DNA of 64,000 nt from Eledone cirrhosa (Eukaryota), in the NCBI GenBank assembly GCA_964016885.1, contig OZ024752.1:5270001-5334000 (forward strand), read 5' to 3'. The translations under genes and the position numbers were made by a program. Shown in pieces: positions 13,438-26,315 of this stretch (position 1 is its first letter; every line of letters starts with the position of its first letter). The notes below the pieces were generated by a model that was not told the origin of the DNA, did not search any database, and saw only the letters and a program-made list of their open reading frames with translations.

Positions 13438-13831
13438 AGCTTATAAAATAGGGTGAAGACCCTTAAAAGACAGAAAAAGAAGTTGCCATCGGCCACTGTC
13501 TTTATACTCATATATATATATAAATAAATGATATATTATGAACAGTGGCTTATAAGTAACAGGACAGTCAATGCATTATTATTGCAAGGGTCACAATTTA
13601 ATGAGGAATGGCGTCAGCTTTTCAAAGACTTACTTTAATTATATTTTTATTTTTTCAACAATTTTTGTTTGATGTATTTATAATTTCTTACTGTATGGCC
13701 AGAATTTTAGTAAATACTATCATTCATACACTGTTCACTTTCCTGACATTTGTACATTATTCTATGTACTACATATGCATCTTAAATAAATAAAGAAAGA
13801 AATCATTATTATTATTATTTGTAATTATAAA

Positions 13832-14001
13832 TGTTGGACTGCTTGGTTACTTATGATTCCCCCTGTATAATGAAGTCCCAGAAGGCAGTGCAGTTGGACT
13901 GCTTGGTTACTTATGATTCCCCCTGTATAATGAAGTCCCAGAAGGCAGTGCAGTTGGGCTGCTTGGTTACTTATGATTCCCCCTGTATAATTAAGTCCCA
14001 G
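13832..14001. repeat. 60-bp tandem repeat, ~2.8 copies
   Basis: Unit GTTGGACTGCTTGGTTACTTATGATTCCCCCTGTATAATGAAGTCCCAGAAGGCAGTGCA. Confidence 0.9.
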
Positions 14002-14099
14002 TGTATTGTTGTTGTTGTCAGTGATCACCATATCAAGGAACTCTGAAAAGAAACCCATCATCCAATTTGCTCTTTTTTTAAAGATATTTTTGTTTGTGA

Positions 14100-15570
14100 T
14101 TTATAATACATTAAAGGTCTCATTATATTGTTATCTATCCATTACTGAATAAAATATAAGTAAGCTATAGAAAAAATGTATAGTTGTTTACAGGTCTAAT
14201 TAGTTAAATCTCTTGTGTTATTAATATACATTATACTATGTTATAAGTGAATCCCTTATATATAATGCTATTAATTTATATATTTAATTATAAATATAAT
14301 TTATTTTCCTATAATACATTAAAGGTCTCATTATATTATTATCTATCCATTACTGAATATAATATTGGTAAGCTATAGTGGTTATATGAAATGGTGGTAA
14401 TTTTATGTTTATTTCTAATAGTTATTGTAGAGTATAAAGTTAGAGATAAATAGGAGTTAAGTAGAGGAATGAGCTGATCATAGAGTGTGATGGTATAGGG
14501 GTAATTATATGCTGATAAGACCTAGAGGTGAAGTGTTAATGGTGGTGAGGAATTCAGATCTGACATTCTTATGTACTAGTAGCTATGTTTAAAGCTATGG
14601 AAAGAGTGTCGGGGGTAGTGCTGGCACATGGAAAAAACCTCTGATTTCCTATTTAGGAGGTCTAGTTTAGAATAGATTATAGTGTGGGTCTCTAGAAGAC
14701 AGAGGTTACACAATTTATTCGGTAGTTTATACAATGCGGCCCTATCTATTACTTCCCATTGAAGTATATATCTATTCCTAGTTTTCAAAGAGTGTATGTA
14801 GCTAGATGAAGAAGTGGAGTTGGCTAGATTGCGATTTTTGAAAGTGTGGAGATGCGAGTTATATCTCGTCTTGAAGCAGTTCGAAGTTGAACCGATATAT
14901 GTTTTAGAAGAGTTGTTTGTGTTGACCGTGCATGAGTAAATGATTTCTTTGATTAAGCAATTTCTACCTAAGGGGCAAGTTCTATTTGTTATACAGTTAC
15001 AGTTATTCTGGTTGTTTGCTTGCCGGTTACTATGTTGTGTAGATGTCTGGTTGCTAGGGATAGCATTAGGGTAATGATGGTTGTCGTTCCCATTGTTATT
15101 AATTTCATTAGTGCTATTACCATTATTATTATTGCTACTAGAATTTTCTGGTACTATGTTGCTCTGTACGTTTACCCCCCTGCTGTGATTTAATTAGTTA
15201 GAAATAATTATTAATCTTCCTTTTATTACTACTAGCTATATGGTATGCGATGTGAGGTGTGGTAGGGTAATAGATTTTAATGGTATTTTTATTGATAAGA
15301 TTATGGTATTTGTGGCCGGCTGGGAAGTTTTTTTCCAGTATTGAGAAGAAAACCCTAGGCAAGTTGGTAGAGATGTTTAGATTGAAAGGGGGATTGAAGA
15401 ATGTATTAGTTCTTCTATTTTTGTTTTTTGTAATGTTATTTGAGGTATTTGTATTTCTATTTATATTATTATTTTGGTGTTTATTCTGGTGCGAGTTAAG
15501 TTTGATGTTACCCTTGGTATTAGAGTTAGAGTGGCTAGTACTTTTATTATTTTTCCTCATTTTTCCTATA
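14100..15570 (-). mobile_element. Penelope-like element (Neptune-type), linker + GIY-YIG endonuclease + 3' region, 5'-truncated
   Basis: Minus strand reads FFNPPFNLNISTN...NKNTIKIYY, then CNCITNRTCPLGRNCLIKEIIYSCTV...KTYIGSTSNCFKTRYNSH...CNLCLLE...LLNRKSEVFSMCQH. Confidence 0.9.
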
Positions 15571-15706
15571 GTGGTGGATTGACAGTATCGGTAGAGGGTC
15601 GGATGCCATGCTTTGACACATAGAGTTACGGCCCTTGCCATTATGAGTTCAAATCCCGCCGAGGTTAACTTTGCCTTTCATCTTAAAGGGTCGATAAAAT
15701 AAAGTA
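15570..15706 (+). mobile_element. SINE family A, 5' half
   Basis: A/B boxes and the start of the family A body. Confidence 0.8.
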
Positions 15707-16171
15707 TATTTACTATTCTGAAACATCAAAATACAACAATTACTCTATATTTACTATTCTGAAACATCAAAATACAACAAATTTTTGCTCACTGGACTCG
15801 GGAATGTCATGACAGAAGTTTGTGGAAGTTACACAAATATTTTCGTATATTTTGCCAGAGCAATCCTTATTTATATTTTACATTTTACATTTACTTACAT
15901 CTCAATATAACATGGCTAAAATTCAAATTTTGCAAAGAGAAGAAAATGGACAAATGAACTAGATACATCTCACTGCCCCCCACACCATAATAACGTCTAC
16001 ACTCTCTCCCCACCACCACATTTACATTTACACATGTCATTACCCTTGTAGACTAAAGTCACTGACCTGTTGTCAAGCTCTCTACTCTGTGTTGAATGTG
16101 AGTGTGTATATATATATATATATGTATGTATATGTGTGTATATACATCACTCAGTCAAACGACCAGATTTC

Positions 16172-16792
16172 AACCCCAACATCTATGGTGGATAGCTTCC
16201 GGTACCTAGGAGATCAGATTAGCTAGGGAGAGGGGTGTTCCGAGGCCATAGTATCTAGAATAAGGACGGGTTGGAAGAAGTTTAGGGAGCTGCTTCCTCT
16301 GTTGACGAAGAAGGGTTTCTCCCTGCGTACGAAAGGCCGGTTATATGATGCCTGTGTGAGGAGCGCGATGCTGCATGGTAGTGAGACATGGGCAGCAACC
16401 GCAGAGGATATGTGACGGCTTGAGAGAAAGGAGGCAAGCATGCTCCGTTGGATGTGCAGTGTCAATGTGCGTGAACGACCCAGCATGGATGTGTTGAGAG
16501 GGATAGAATGTAGTGTACAGGAGAGGAGACTGAGGTGGTATGGACATGTGATGCACATGGAGGATGACTGATGGGTGAAGAAGTGCCAGGAAATGCCAGT
16601 TGAAGGAAGATGTGGTAGAAGTAGACCACGAAAAACATGGGCGGAGGTGGTGAGAACAGACCTCAGATCGCTGAAGATCACGGTGGAGATGATGAAGGAC
16701 CGTGACAAGTGGAGAGATGGTGTGCTGAATAAGACCCGTCCCACCCTTGCAAGCAGGGAAAAGTGGACGTAAAATGATGATGATGATGATGA
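16172..16792 (+). mobile_element. RTE LINE (family B) 3' fragment
   Basis: SFRYLGDQI, LHGSETW, RWYGHV; ORF end [13 protein letters not shown] followed by (TGA)n and then (TA)n. Confidence 0.93.
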
Positions 16793-16793
16793 T

Positions 16794-16827
<34 letters not shown>

Positions 16828-16970
16828 TATACACACACATATATATATATATATACATATATATACATATATATATATACACATATATATATATATATAC
16901 ACATATATATATATACATATATATACATATATATATATACATATATATACATATATATATATATATATAC

Positions 16971-17252
<282 letters not shown>

Positions 17253-17648
17253 TATATGTAATATACACACACACACATATATGTATATTTATATATACAT
17301 ATTTATATATATAGTAACAAAGCTATATATAGGAAGCCAAAGTAATTGTATTTCTTTTGAATGTGTCCCAGATATCTTATTATTGAAATTAATGAATTCA
17401 GGTTACTGTTTAACTTGAAACTATTGTACTGTTCTGACAAAATTAGTAATAATTCCCAAATAAAAATTGAAAAGATTATACGCATAAATGAGAAAAAAAG
17501 TCTATGGGGTTTAAAGCCGTAACAATGAATGAATTGAATTCTAAGTGAAGTTTCCTGGGTGGATGTATGGATGGATAAATTGATATTAGAATCCTTGTAA
17601 ATATGTCATTAAGATATTTAGAGACTAATATTATATTTGTCTGAGCAA

Positions 17649-18170
17649 CATCATCATCATCATCATCGTTTAACATCCATATTCCACGCTTGCATGGGTT
17701 TGGACGGGAATTTTCCCACTTGAGGCAAGATTGGTTGTCTTGCTCGCATAGGACTGTCTGGCGGGTTTTCTACGGCTGGATGCCCTTCCTAACACCAACC
17801 ACGTTTACAGTGTGGACTGGGAGGTTTTTACCGTGTTACCTACACGGCCACATTAGAGCGTGGACTGTGTGTTTTTTTGTCGTGAGACCTACACGACCTC
17901 ATTTATTTCGGACTGGATGTTGTGGTACCAACATAACTTTACATCGAAAGGGGTGGTGTGGATGGGGTGGGGGTGTATTTTTGTTAAGAGGTGCCTACTG
18001 ACTGTAGGTTTCGCTTTGTACTTAGGCAAGGCGGGTCTTCTGTATTACTGTGTATCGCCAAAGATCTCGGTCCAGTGACATTATCTTGGAGAGGTGTAAG
18101 TGTGTGAGGTCGGAATTTATCAAGTCGTCCCAGGTTTTTCTGGGTCTGCCTACTCCGTGGCTACCGTCTA
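17649..18170 (-). mobile_element. RTE family C 3' fragment
   Basis: Reverse complement of ~59170-59706 ([15 protein letters not shown]...). Confidence 0.9.
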
Positions 18171-18648
18171 TTTAGTTAATGTAATGCTGGATCAAATATA
18201 TTTAGTTAATGTAATGCTGGATCAAATATATTTAGTTAATGTAATGCTGGATCAAATATATTTAGTTAATGTAATGCTGGATCAAATATATTTAGTTAAT
18301 ATAATGCTGGATCACATATATTTAGTTAATGTAATGCTGGATCAAATATATTTAGTTAATGTAATGCTGGATCAAATATATTTAGTTAATGTAATGCTGG
18401 ATCAAATATATTTAGTTAATGTAATGCTGGATCAAATATATTTAGTTAATGTAATGCTGGATCAAATATATTTAGTTAATGTAATGCTGGATCAAATATA
18501 TTTAGTTAATGTAATGCTGGATCAAATATATTTAGTTAATGTAATGCTGGATCAAATATATTTAGTTAATGTAATGCTGGATCAAATATATTTAGTTAAT
18601 GTAATGCTGGATCAAATATATTTAGTTAATGTAATGCTGGATCAAATA
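18169..18648. repeat. 30-bp minisatellite, 16 units
   Basis: Unit TATTTAGTTAATGTAATGCTGGATCAAATA; only one unit (~18300) carries substitutions. Confidence 0.97.
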
Positions 18649-18889
18649 AACCTACTTTCTCTCTCTCTCCCTCTCTTTCTCTCCCCTCCTCTCTCTCAGC
18701 ACAGTGTCTATGAGGAACAGGGAGGAAGGATTTGTTTGTAAAGTCATATGAGTGAGAAAAGAGGAAGAAAAAAGAGAAAAATAGATAACAAGAAAGTGAG
18801 AGATAAAAAGTTATACTCATGAAATAAATATATGTACTTAAAGATACGCAATAAACATTATTATAATGGATATTATGTTATCAACCCTG

Positions 18890-19085
18890 GCAGCGGATTG
18901 GCAGTATCGGTAGAGAGTCGGATGCCATGCTTTGCAGTATAGAGTTACGGCCCTTTATGATCTGAGTTCAAATTCCGCCGAGGTTAACATTGCCTTTCAT
19001 CCTTACGGGGTCGATAAAATAAAGTACCAGTAATGTACTGGAATAATTGCTGGCCTTGTGCCAAAATTAGAAAGAATTATATTAT
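18890..19085 (+). mobile_element. SINE family A (short subfamily)
   Basis: Full head and body with an (ATT)n tail. Confidence 0.9.
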
Positions 19086-19313
19086 CAACCCTTTAGCATT
19101 TATATTACTCTATATTTACTATTGTATTTTCATGGTAAAGGCTTTATGATACATAATATCTCACATAATATTGAATCTATTTTGATATTATTTATTTTGA
19201 GAACATCATCATCATCATACCTTAATATCAGTATGAGTGGCCAGTTATGGCCGGTTTGAAGAGAAAGAGGTGAGAGAATTCTGGCCAGCTGCAGCTAGTT
19301 TAAATGCTAAAGG
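19086..19313 (-). mobile_element. piggyBac-type MITE copy
   Basis: TIRs CCCTTTAGCATTTA ... TAAATGCTAAGGG. Confidence 0.8.
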
Positions 19314-19692
19314 GCTATGGTCATTTTCCCTGTTTAAGCATGGTTTAGCCTTGTAAGCCATGTGACAAGCTTCATATTCACCATGTGGTCTTTTTTTAGG
19401 CAATATTTCATGGCCAGATGCCTTTCCTGGTGCCAACCACCCTATTATTTGCCTAATATAACATGCAGGGATATGGTGCAGCTAATCTAAACCAGATTAG
19501 AATGATATAGAAATGAAAATATAAATAGCTGGTTGAAATAGTTAATACCTCTCACATTCCAATCGATAAAATAAAAAGAAATAAAAACAAAATTTCTGTT
19601 TTTATTCTAGAAGTAATTAGAATGAAAAAGAAACTTAAAAGAAAGTGACAGATGCCATTGCCAGGAATGTGGCATAAGTTAATACAAAGAAT

Positions 19693-19915
19693 TAATAATA
19701 ATAATAATGGTTTCTTGTATAGGCACAAGGCCAGTAATTTGGTGGCAGGGGAAAGTCGATTAAATCAACCCCAGTGCGTGACTGGTACTTTATTTTATCG
19801 ACCCCGTAAGGATGAAAGGCAAAGTTAACCTCGACGGGATTTGAACTCAGACCGTAAAAGGACGTAACTATTCTGGAAAGCATGGCGTCCGACCCTCTAC
19901 CGATACTGTCAATTC
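19693..19915 (-). mobile_element. SINE family A (long subfamily)
   Basis: Reverse complement of 27055-27278. Confidence 0.9.
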
Positions 19916-20702
19916 ACATAATGATGATAATGATGATGATGATGATTGCAATTATTTTATATTCTAATGAATTTCCAAAATAACAAGAATTTGAAGGGAT
20001 TTAATAGAATAACTAGCTCATTGAACAATGATGACAAAGGAGAAAAAAGAGGGAGAGGGCAATTCACCACCAAGTACGCCAGTCGGCCACACCTCACACC
20101 TTAGGGGTTAACAAAACACTTTGAGGCAAGCCAACATGCTCATAGCATTACGACGGGTGATGGCGATGCTAAGGTGCTGAAATAACCAGACACCCTCACG
20201 GGCATCACCTGACACCTCAGTAAGGTGAGCCACCAGTGTTGACAACAACTTCACTGTCAGCGGCCCAACTCCACCAAACTGTTTTGTTACACAAAATGTT
20301 TCTTACATAAAATTATAGTGGAAGGTTTTCAGATCATTATAAACATTTTAACAAACTGTTTTGTATCCTAGAACCAGAGGTAGCTTTTTAGATGTTTGAT
20401 ATCAGAAGAGTTAAACATTTAGTTCCACAAAATGAATCAAAAGACAAGCTATCCAGAAACAGACAGGAAACCTCCAAATAGGTATGATCTAGAAAATGCA
20501 TGGCTCTGACCACCTTCTGCTCCAATCAGTTTATGTAGATTAGACGTTCCAGACTTGTACAATACATACCTCAATATGAATATAAAGTTGTTTTTTTTTT
20601 AAACTTTTATAAAGTTATTTACATATTGAGCATTTTTTTTAATTGTAAATAGAATCGGATGATTTTTTTTTAATACATCCTGTATACATACATACATATA
20701 TT

Positions 20703-20732
<30 letters not shown>

Positions 20733-20734
<2 letters not shown>

Positions 20735-23040
20735 TGATGATGGGGATGGTGGAGGCGGTGGCGGCGTCTTTTACATCCACTTTTCCTTATTTGTAAGGGT
20801 GGGACGGGTCCTTTACAGCTCAGCATCTCTCCATTTGTCACGGTTCTTCGTCATCTCCTCTGTGAGCTTCAGCAATCTGGGGCCAGCTCTCATCACCTCC
20901 GCCCATATTTTTTGTCGTCTTCCTCTACTGCATTTTCCTTCCACCGGGATTTCTTGGCACTTCTTCACCCAGTGGTCATCTTCCATGCAGATCACATGGC
21001 CATACCAATTCAATCTTCTCTCCCACACACTACAGTTTATCACTCTTACACACAGTTTCACTCTCAACTCGTTTATGCTTGGTCGTTCATGCACATTGAC
21101 ATTGCACATCTATCGGAGCATGCTTGCTTCATTTCTCTCCAGCCGTCGCATATCCTCCGCAGTTGCTGCCCGTGTCTCACTACCATCCAGCATCGTGCAT
21201 CTCACACAGGCATCATATAACCAACCTTTCGTTCATAGGGTGAAACCCTTCATTGTCAACAGAGGAAGCAGCTCCCTAAACTTCTTTTATCCTGTCCTTA
21301 TTCTAGACACTATGGCCTCGGAGCATCCCCCTCCCTTGTTAATCTGATCACCTAGGTATCGGAAGCTATCAACCACATCTATAGATCCTACCTGCATTTG
21401 AAAAATGTGTCTATCACTGACACCTCTATCAAATTTCCCTGAACATCTACTGCATATGAAGTTTTCCCTTCCTGTTAGTTTGCCTGCTATCCCACTACAT
21501 CTCTTGTGTACCCAAGATCTGCATTGTGTACATTCTATAGAGTGTATGCCAACTTCTTTTCTACATATCAAACATGGCCATTTTCCTGATGGAATCAGAG
21601 TTTTGTCCTCTTTCCTACTTGTCAACACTTTAGTCTTTGCTAGGTTCACTCTCAGTCCTTTAGATTCCAACTGCTGTTTCCATAGCCAGAATTTATTCTC
21701 TAGCTCCTCTACTAATTCTGCTATAAGTATGAGGTCATCAGCACAGAGAAGTTCCCATGAGCATCCAGTCTTAAACTCCTCTGTTATGGCTTGGAGAACT
21801 ATAATGAATAAGAGTGGGCTGAGGACCGAACCCTGATGAACTCCTACTTGTATCTGGAATGCCTCAATAAACTCCATTCCTACACTCACTTTACTGACAG
21901 CTCCTCTGTACATAGCTTGCACTGTCCTCACAAGCCATTCCTCTACACCTAGTTTCCTTAGGGACCACCAGATGACAGTTCGGAGTACTCTATCAAAGAC
22001 CTTCCCTAGGTCAACAAAAGCTAAGTATAGTGGCTTATTCTTCTCTAAGAATCTCTTTTGTAGTTGTCCTCTTCTTAGTGAGACATCTGTTGTACTTTTC
22101 CCAGGCACAAAACTGCATCTCATCTAATTCAACTCTTTCCCTAATTAGTTGTGCTAGCATTCTTTCTGTCACTTTCATAACCTGATCCATCAGTTTTATA
22201 CCCCTATAATTGCTCCTCTCCAGAGCATCCCCTTTACCTATGTAGCAATTTACAAGAATACTGCTGCACCAGTCTTTGGGTATGACTCCGCCATATATAG
22301 CTTGATTGAGGATGCGTACAACCAGTTTAGTTCCTACTTTTCCTGATGCCTTTAGCATCTTAGCAACTATCCCTGACAGTTCAGAGGCCTTACCACTTTT
22401 CATTTCCTTAATTGCATCTTTGACCCTATAGTTGTCAATCCCAATAGCTGGTCCCTCTGTTGGGGGTAGTTTCTCACCAGCATCATTTCGGACACACTTA
22501 TCTCCAACAACATCCTGATTTACACTGACACACTGCCTTGCAATGTGGAACACCTCACATCTCTGATCCTCTCATTGCAGAACATTGACAAACCTCCTAC
22601 TTTCAGCTTCCCTGCGTGCTAAATATACCTGATGTCTAGCCTCTCTTTTAGCAGCTGAGTATCGGTCTCTACTCCCCCCATTCTTCCAATCCTTCCATGC
22701 TTGTCTTTTATCTTCAATGGCTCTATCTACCGTGCTGTACCACCACCAAGTCACTTCCTGTCTAGCTGGAGCTTTACTCAAGCCACAAGTCTCTTCAGTT
22801 GTGTGCAGTAGGTTGTCACGTAAGAACTTCCAGTTATCTTCTATGTCATACAATTCTAATTCGTCTTCTTTCTCGTCATACACATCTTAAAGGGCTTTCC
22901 TAAATTTATATTTAAGTGAAAGGTCTTTTAGCTTTCAGACCTTCCTTTCCCATACCTTCCTGTGTGTCCCATTTTGTCTCTTGCTTATTGAGATGTCAGT
23001 AACGACTAACCTATGTTGGGGTACATTCTTCCCCACGGTA
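20733..23040 (-). mobile_element. RTE LINE (family B-like), older degenerate copy, endonuclease end through RT to 3' end
   Basis: PQHRLVVTDI, TWWW, NYRGIKLMDQVMKV, GVHQGSVLSPLLF, LCADD, RLNWYGHV; several frameshifts. Confidence 0.93.
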
Positions 23041-23744
23041 TGCCTTAGTATTTGACACCATCTGTCTGTCTCGTTGAGATGTGACATCTTTCGTTGATTT
23101 TTTCCTTTTCTGCAAAGAAAAATATTTAGAATCATTAATTGTTGTTGTTATGCGATTGCTTGATGACGGTCAGGGGTTTCTCGCACATGGCCGCACCAGC
23201 CACCCCACTACTTGCTGTTTATGCAGTTATTGCAATACTTGTCTGTTGTGCTCATAATTTTTTAGCATTAATATACTGATTGGATGCCCTTCCTATCACC
23301 AGCACCACTTTACAGCATGGACTGGGTGCTTTTATTCATGCCACCAGCACTAAGGAAGTCATCTTACTGGACTTAGGGGGCTTCTCCACCCCACACCAAT
23401 TTATTTGAAGTGGTAGCTCTCCTAGACGGGTTGCCCTGTAACTGCTCTGAGTGGATCTGGGTTTAAGGTGCTATATGCATTATATATATATATATATAAT
23501 GAATAAATGATGATTAACATGGATAAGCGATGCAATAGGGTTCTATTCCAAGCATTAACATATGTTTCATTGCTTAGTATGCAATCAAATATGTCTTAAA
23601 ATTGCTTTCAACAATGTTATTGTGAAACTTGGTTTTAGATACTGCACATTAAAATCTTCCATGGTACAGATTACTCATAACCTTACCTTAGATAACCCTA
23701 AACGATATCTCATTTACTTTGATATATATATATATATATATATT

Positions 23745-23793
23745 GTTTCAGAAGATCCCGTTAAGGGTGAAAGCAGCGATTCTTTGCTTAAAC
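23745..23793 (+). ncRNA. Type-I hammerhead-like motif with CAGAAGA core (family H, copy 1)
   Basis: GTTT-CAGAAGA-TCCC gttaa GGGT-GAAA-GCA gcgattctt TGC-T-T-AAAC. Stems I, II and III pair; U4 is replaced by A. Confidence 0.6.
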
Positions 23794-24735
23794 TTTAATC
23801 CGTTATTTTAATAAATATATCATATATATATTATATATATTATTTATATATATATATAATATATATATTTGCTTCTGCTGGACACCACCAGAGGGCAATA
23901 GTCCCAGTGTTTTGCATAGCAACGGCTTTTTAAATGTTTACCTGTAAACATACCATATTTCTTTAGAAATATGAAATTCTAATACATATCTGTATACAGC
24001 TATGCATGAAGCTAAATCCTAATTCTATAATATATATATATTATAAGTGTATGTGTATGTGTGTGTGTGTATCATCTGCTACAGTCATATTATGTAGATT
24101 ATAGACTCCATACTTTGGCTAAATTTCAAAGTTTCCCATATCTTTTGAATAGCCCATATTTAGCCACTGATAAGCTCCTGGTGTGGTTTTTCAAAACTAA
24201 TTTTTATGTTTTGTGTAATTCTTGGCCATCTCCTTTGCAATTATCATAATATTCTCCTGGCTCAAGTGACCTTTATTATCACACACGTAGCAGCTGAGCC
24301 TTCTGTTCTTCACCCCTAATCTGATAGACTTCCTCTCTCCTCCCTCAGTGAGGATACAGCTCTAGTATAGCTTTCTGTAATTGAGGGAAGGGGGTCATCT
24401 GGAGTTGGAGGCCAGAGCTTCTTCCGAATTCTCTTTCAAGAACAAATGGAACTCCACACCCTTTCTGACAGAACAAGGTTATGTCAACTTTCTCTTTGCT
24501 TTTTCATGAGTACATTCTTCAGGCAAGGTATGTCTTTTAAGACATACCTCTTCCATGCATCTTCCTTTGTCTAGAATTAACTATTGTCCAGTGTTTTTCT
24601 TTGGCTTACAATACTAACAAAAGAGGAGTTGCTGTTGTTGTTAGTGGGGCATTTATTATTACCATTTTGCCATTTAAGTTTGTGCTTTCATTTGTCAAAT
24701 TGTAATTGGTTGTGTCTAAAATTGTGTCTGTTTAA

Positions 24736-24956
24736 CCCTTAAGCATTTAAACCAGCCACATCCATCCAGACTTCTCTCACCACTTTCCGTTCAAAATGAC
24801 TCTAATTGGCTGCTCATACTGATGTTAAGGTATTGTTCTCAACATAAATAATATCAAAATTTCATAGATTCAATATTATGTGAGATAATTATGTGAGATA
24901 AAGCCTTTACCGGAAAGATATAATAGTAAATATAGAGTAATGTAAATGCTAAATGG
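24736..24956 (+). mobile_element. piggyBac-type MITE, complete
   Basis: TTAA-CCCTTAAGCATTTA ... TAAATGCTAAATGG-TTAA: TIRs plus a TTAA target duplication. Confidence 0.85.
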
Positions 24957-25063
24957 TTAATTGTTCCTTTTCTCATCCTCTAATCTGTTCTCTGTTTCTA
25001 CATTTTTACTAAATAATATATGTTGCTGAGAGATCAGACATTTAAGCACCGAGAATATAGATA

Positions 25064-25323
25064 TATAAGTATAAAGAATGGTGTAATCATATGTAGAGAT
25101 GCTATAAAATAGGGTGACGATCCTTAAAGACAAGAAAAAGAAGTTGCCATCAGCTGCTATGAGGAATTGAGCCCCATATCTCCCAGATACCAGCTATCTG
25201 GGGTTCAAATCCTCATAGCAGCTGATGGCAACTTCTTTTTCCATCTTTTAAGGGTTTTCACCCTATTTTATAAGCTATTTTATAGCATCTCTACACATGA
25301 GCACACCATCCTTTATACTTATA
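25064..25323. repeat. 260-bp foldback element with tRNA B-box-like arms
   Basis: 25064-~25175 is the reverse complement of ~25195-25323. Contains GGGGTTCAAATCC. A related arm lies at 13437-13500. Confidence 0.85.
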
Positions 25324-25597
25324 CAGTTAATCCTTCGTTCATCAATGCCTCTCATTATCAACAAATCAGTTCATGAACAATTTTTCTAAATATAAAACGT
25401 TTACCTGTAAACATACCGTATTTCTTTAGAAATATGAAATTCTAATACATATCTGTATACAGGTTCACAAATGGTGTCTCAAGTAACAAACACACAGGCC
25501 AGCAACAATGGTTGACAAACTTGGAGTATCAGTGGGAAAGTGTCACTTATTATTTCATTATAATTTTATTATTATTTCATAATTAATATTGTCAGGG

Positions 25598-25825
25598 TTG
25601 TGGATTGGCAGAATCAGTAGAGTGTCAGACAATATGCTTTGCAGCATATAATTACGATCCTTTACGTTCTGAGTTCAAATCCTGCCAAGTTTAGATATGC
25701 CTTTCATCCTTACAAGATTGATAAAATAAAGTACCAGTAATGCACTGGGGTCAATTTAATCGACTCTCCCTCCACCCCGCCAAAAAAGAAAATTGTTGGC
25801 CTTGTGCCTGAATCAGAAACCATTA
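25598..25825 (+). mobile_element. SINE family A (long subfamily)
   Basis: Head, body and tail all present. Confidence 0.88.
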
Positions 25826-26013
25826 TTTTTTTTTTTTATTAATGTTGTCGTTGTTGTGGTTATTATTATTTATAAAACTTTATTACTGATTTTTTCTTAA
25901 TTTTTCATTCTTTTCCCCCATTGTTTTCTAAATTATTATCATTATTATTATTATTATTATTATTATTTTCTTTTTTCTATTTTTTCTTTTTCTATTCTGC
26001 CCTCCTCTTTCAG

Positions 26014-26315
26014 TTGCTGACCTCCCCGTTTGTAACAAACCTAACTACCCCACTCCTTCCAATCCAAACACCACCACTACTGCCACCACTACCACCACCA
26101 CTACCACCAACACCACCAGCCCCCATGGAAAAGATCACTCTACAACTCCATCATCCATCGCTTCTGAGAAAGCTAAGACAACAGCTGCAATTGAAGCTGC
26201 AGATGTTGGTTGTAGCATATCGTCCTTGGGGTCAACCATACATGGTAATCGAGGTGGTAATGACAATGATGCTACTCAGATAACAGAGATTAACTGCTTC
26301 AATTCAAAGCACACT
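26014..26315 (+). CDS. robo: Roundabout-type receptor, penultimate coding exon (phase 1-0)
   Basis: Long pyrimidine tract, tttcAG|...|GTgagt. Encodes VADLPVCNKPNYPTPSNPNTTTT...INCFNSKHT. The start resembles the recalled ROBO1 motif DILPYCRPTFPTSNNP. Confidence 0.82.

Noticed and set aside
18100-18741. 213-aa ORF (VNVMLDQIYL)n
   Set aside because: Read-through of the 30-bp minisatellite from an antisense RTE fragment.
25921-26283. 120-aa Pro-rich ORF with a signal-peptide-like start (would mimic a Robo CC motif)
   Set aside because: It is an alternative frame over (TTA)n, the pyrimidine tract and the real exon. Splice phase and the LP-C-P-YPT motif support the other frame.
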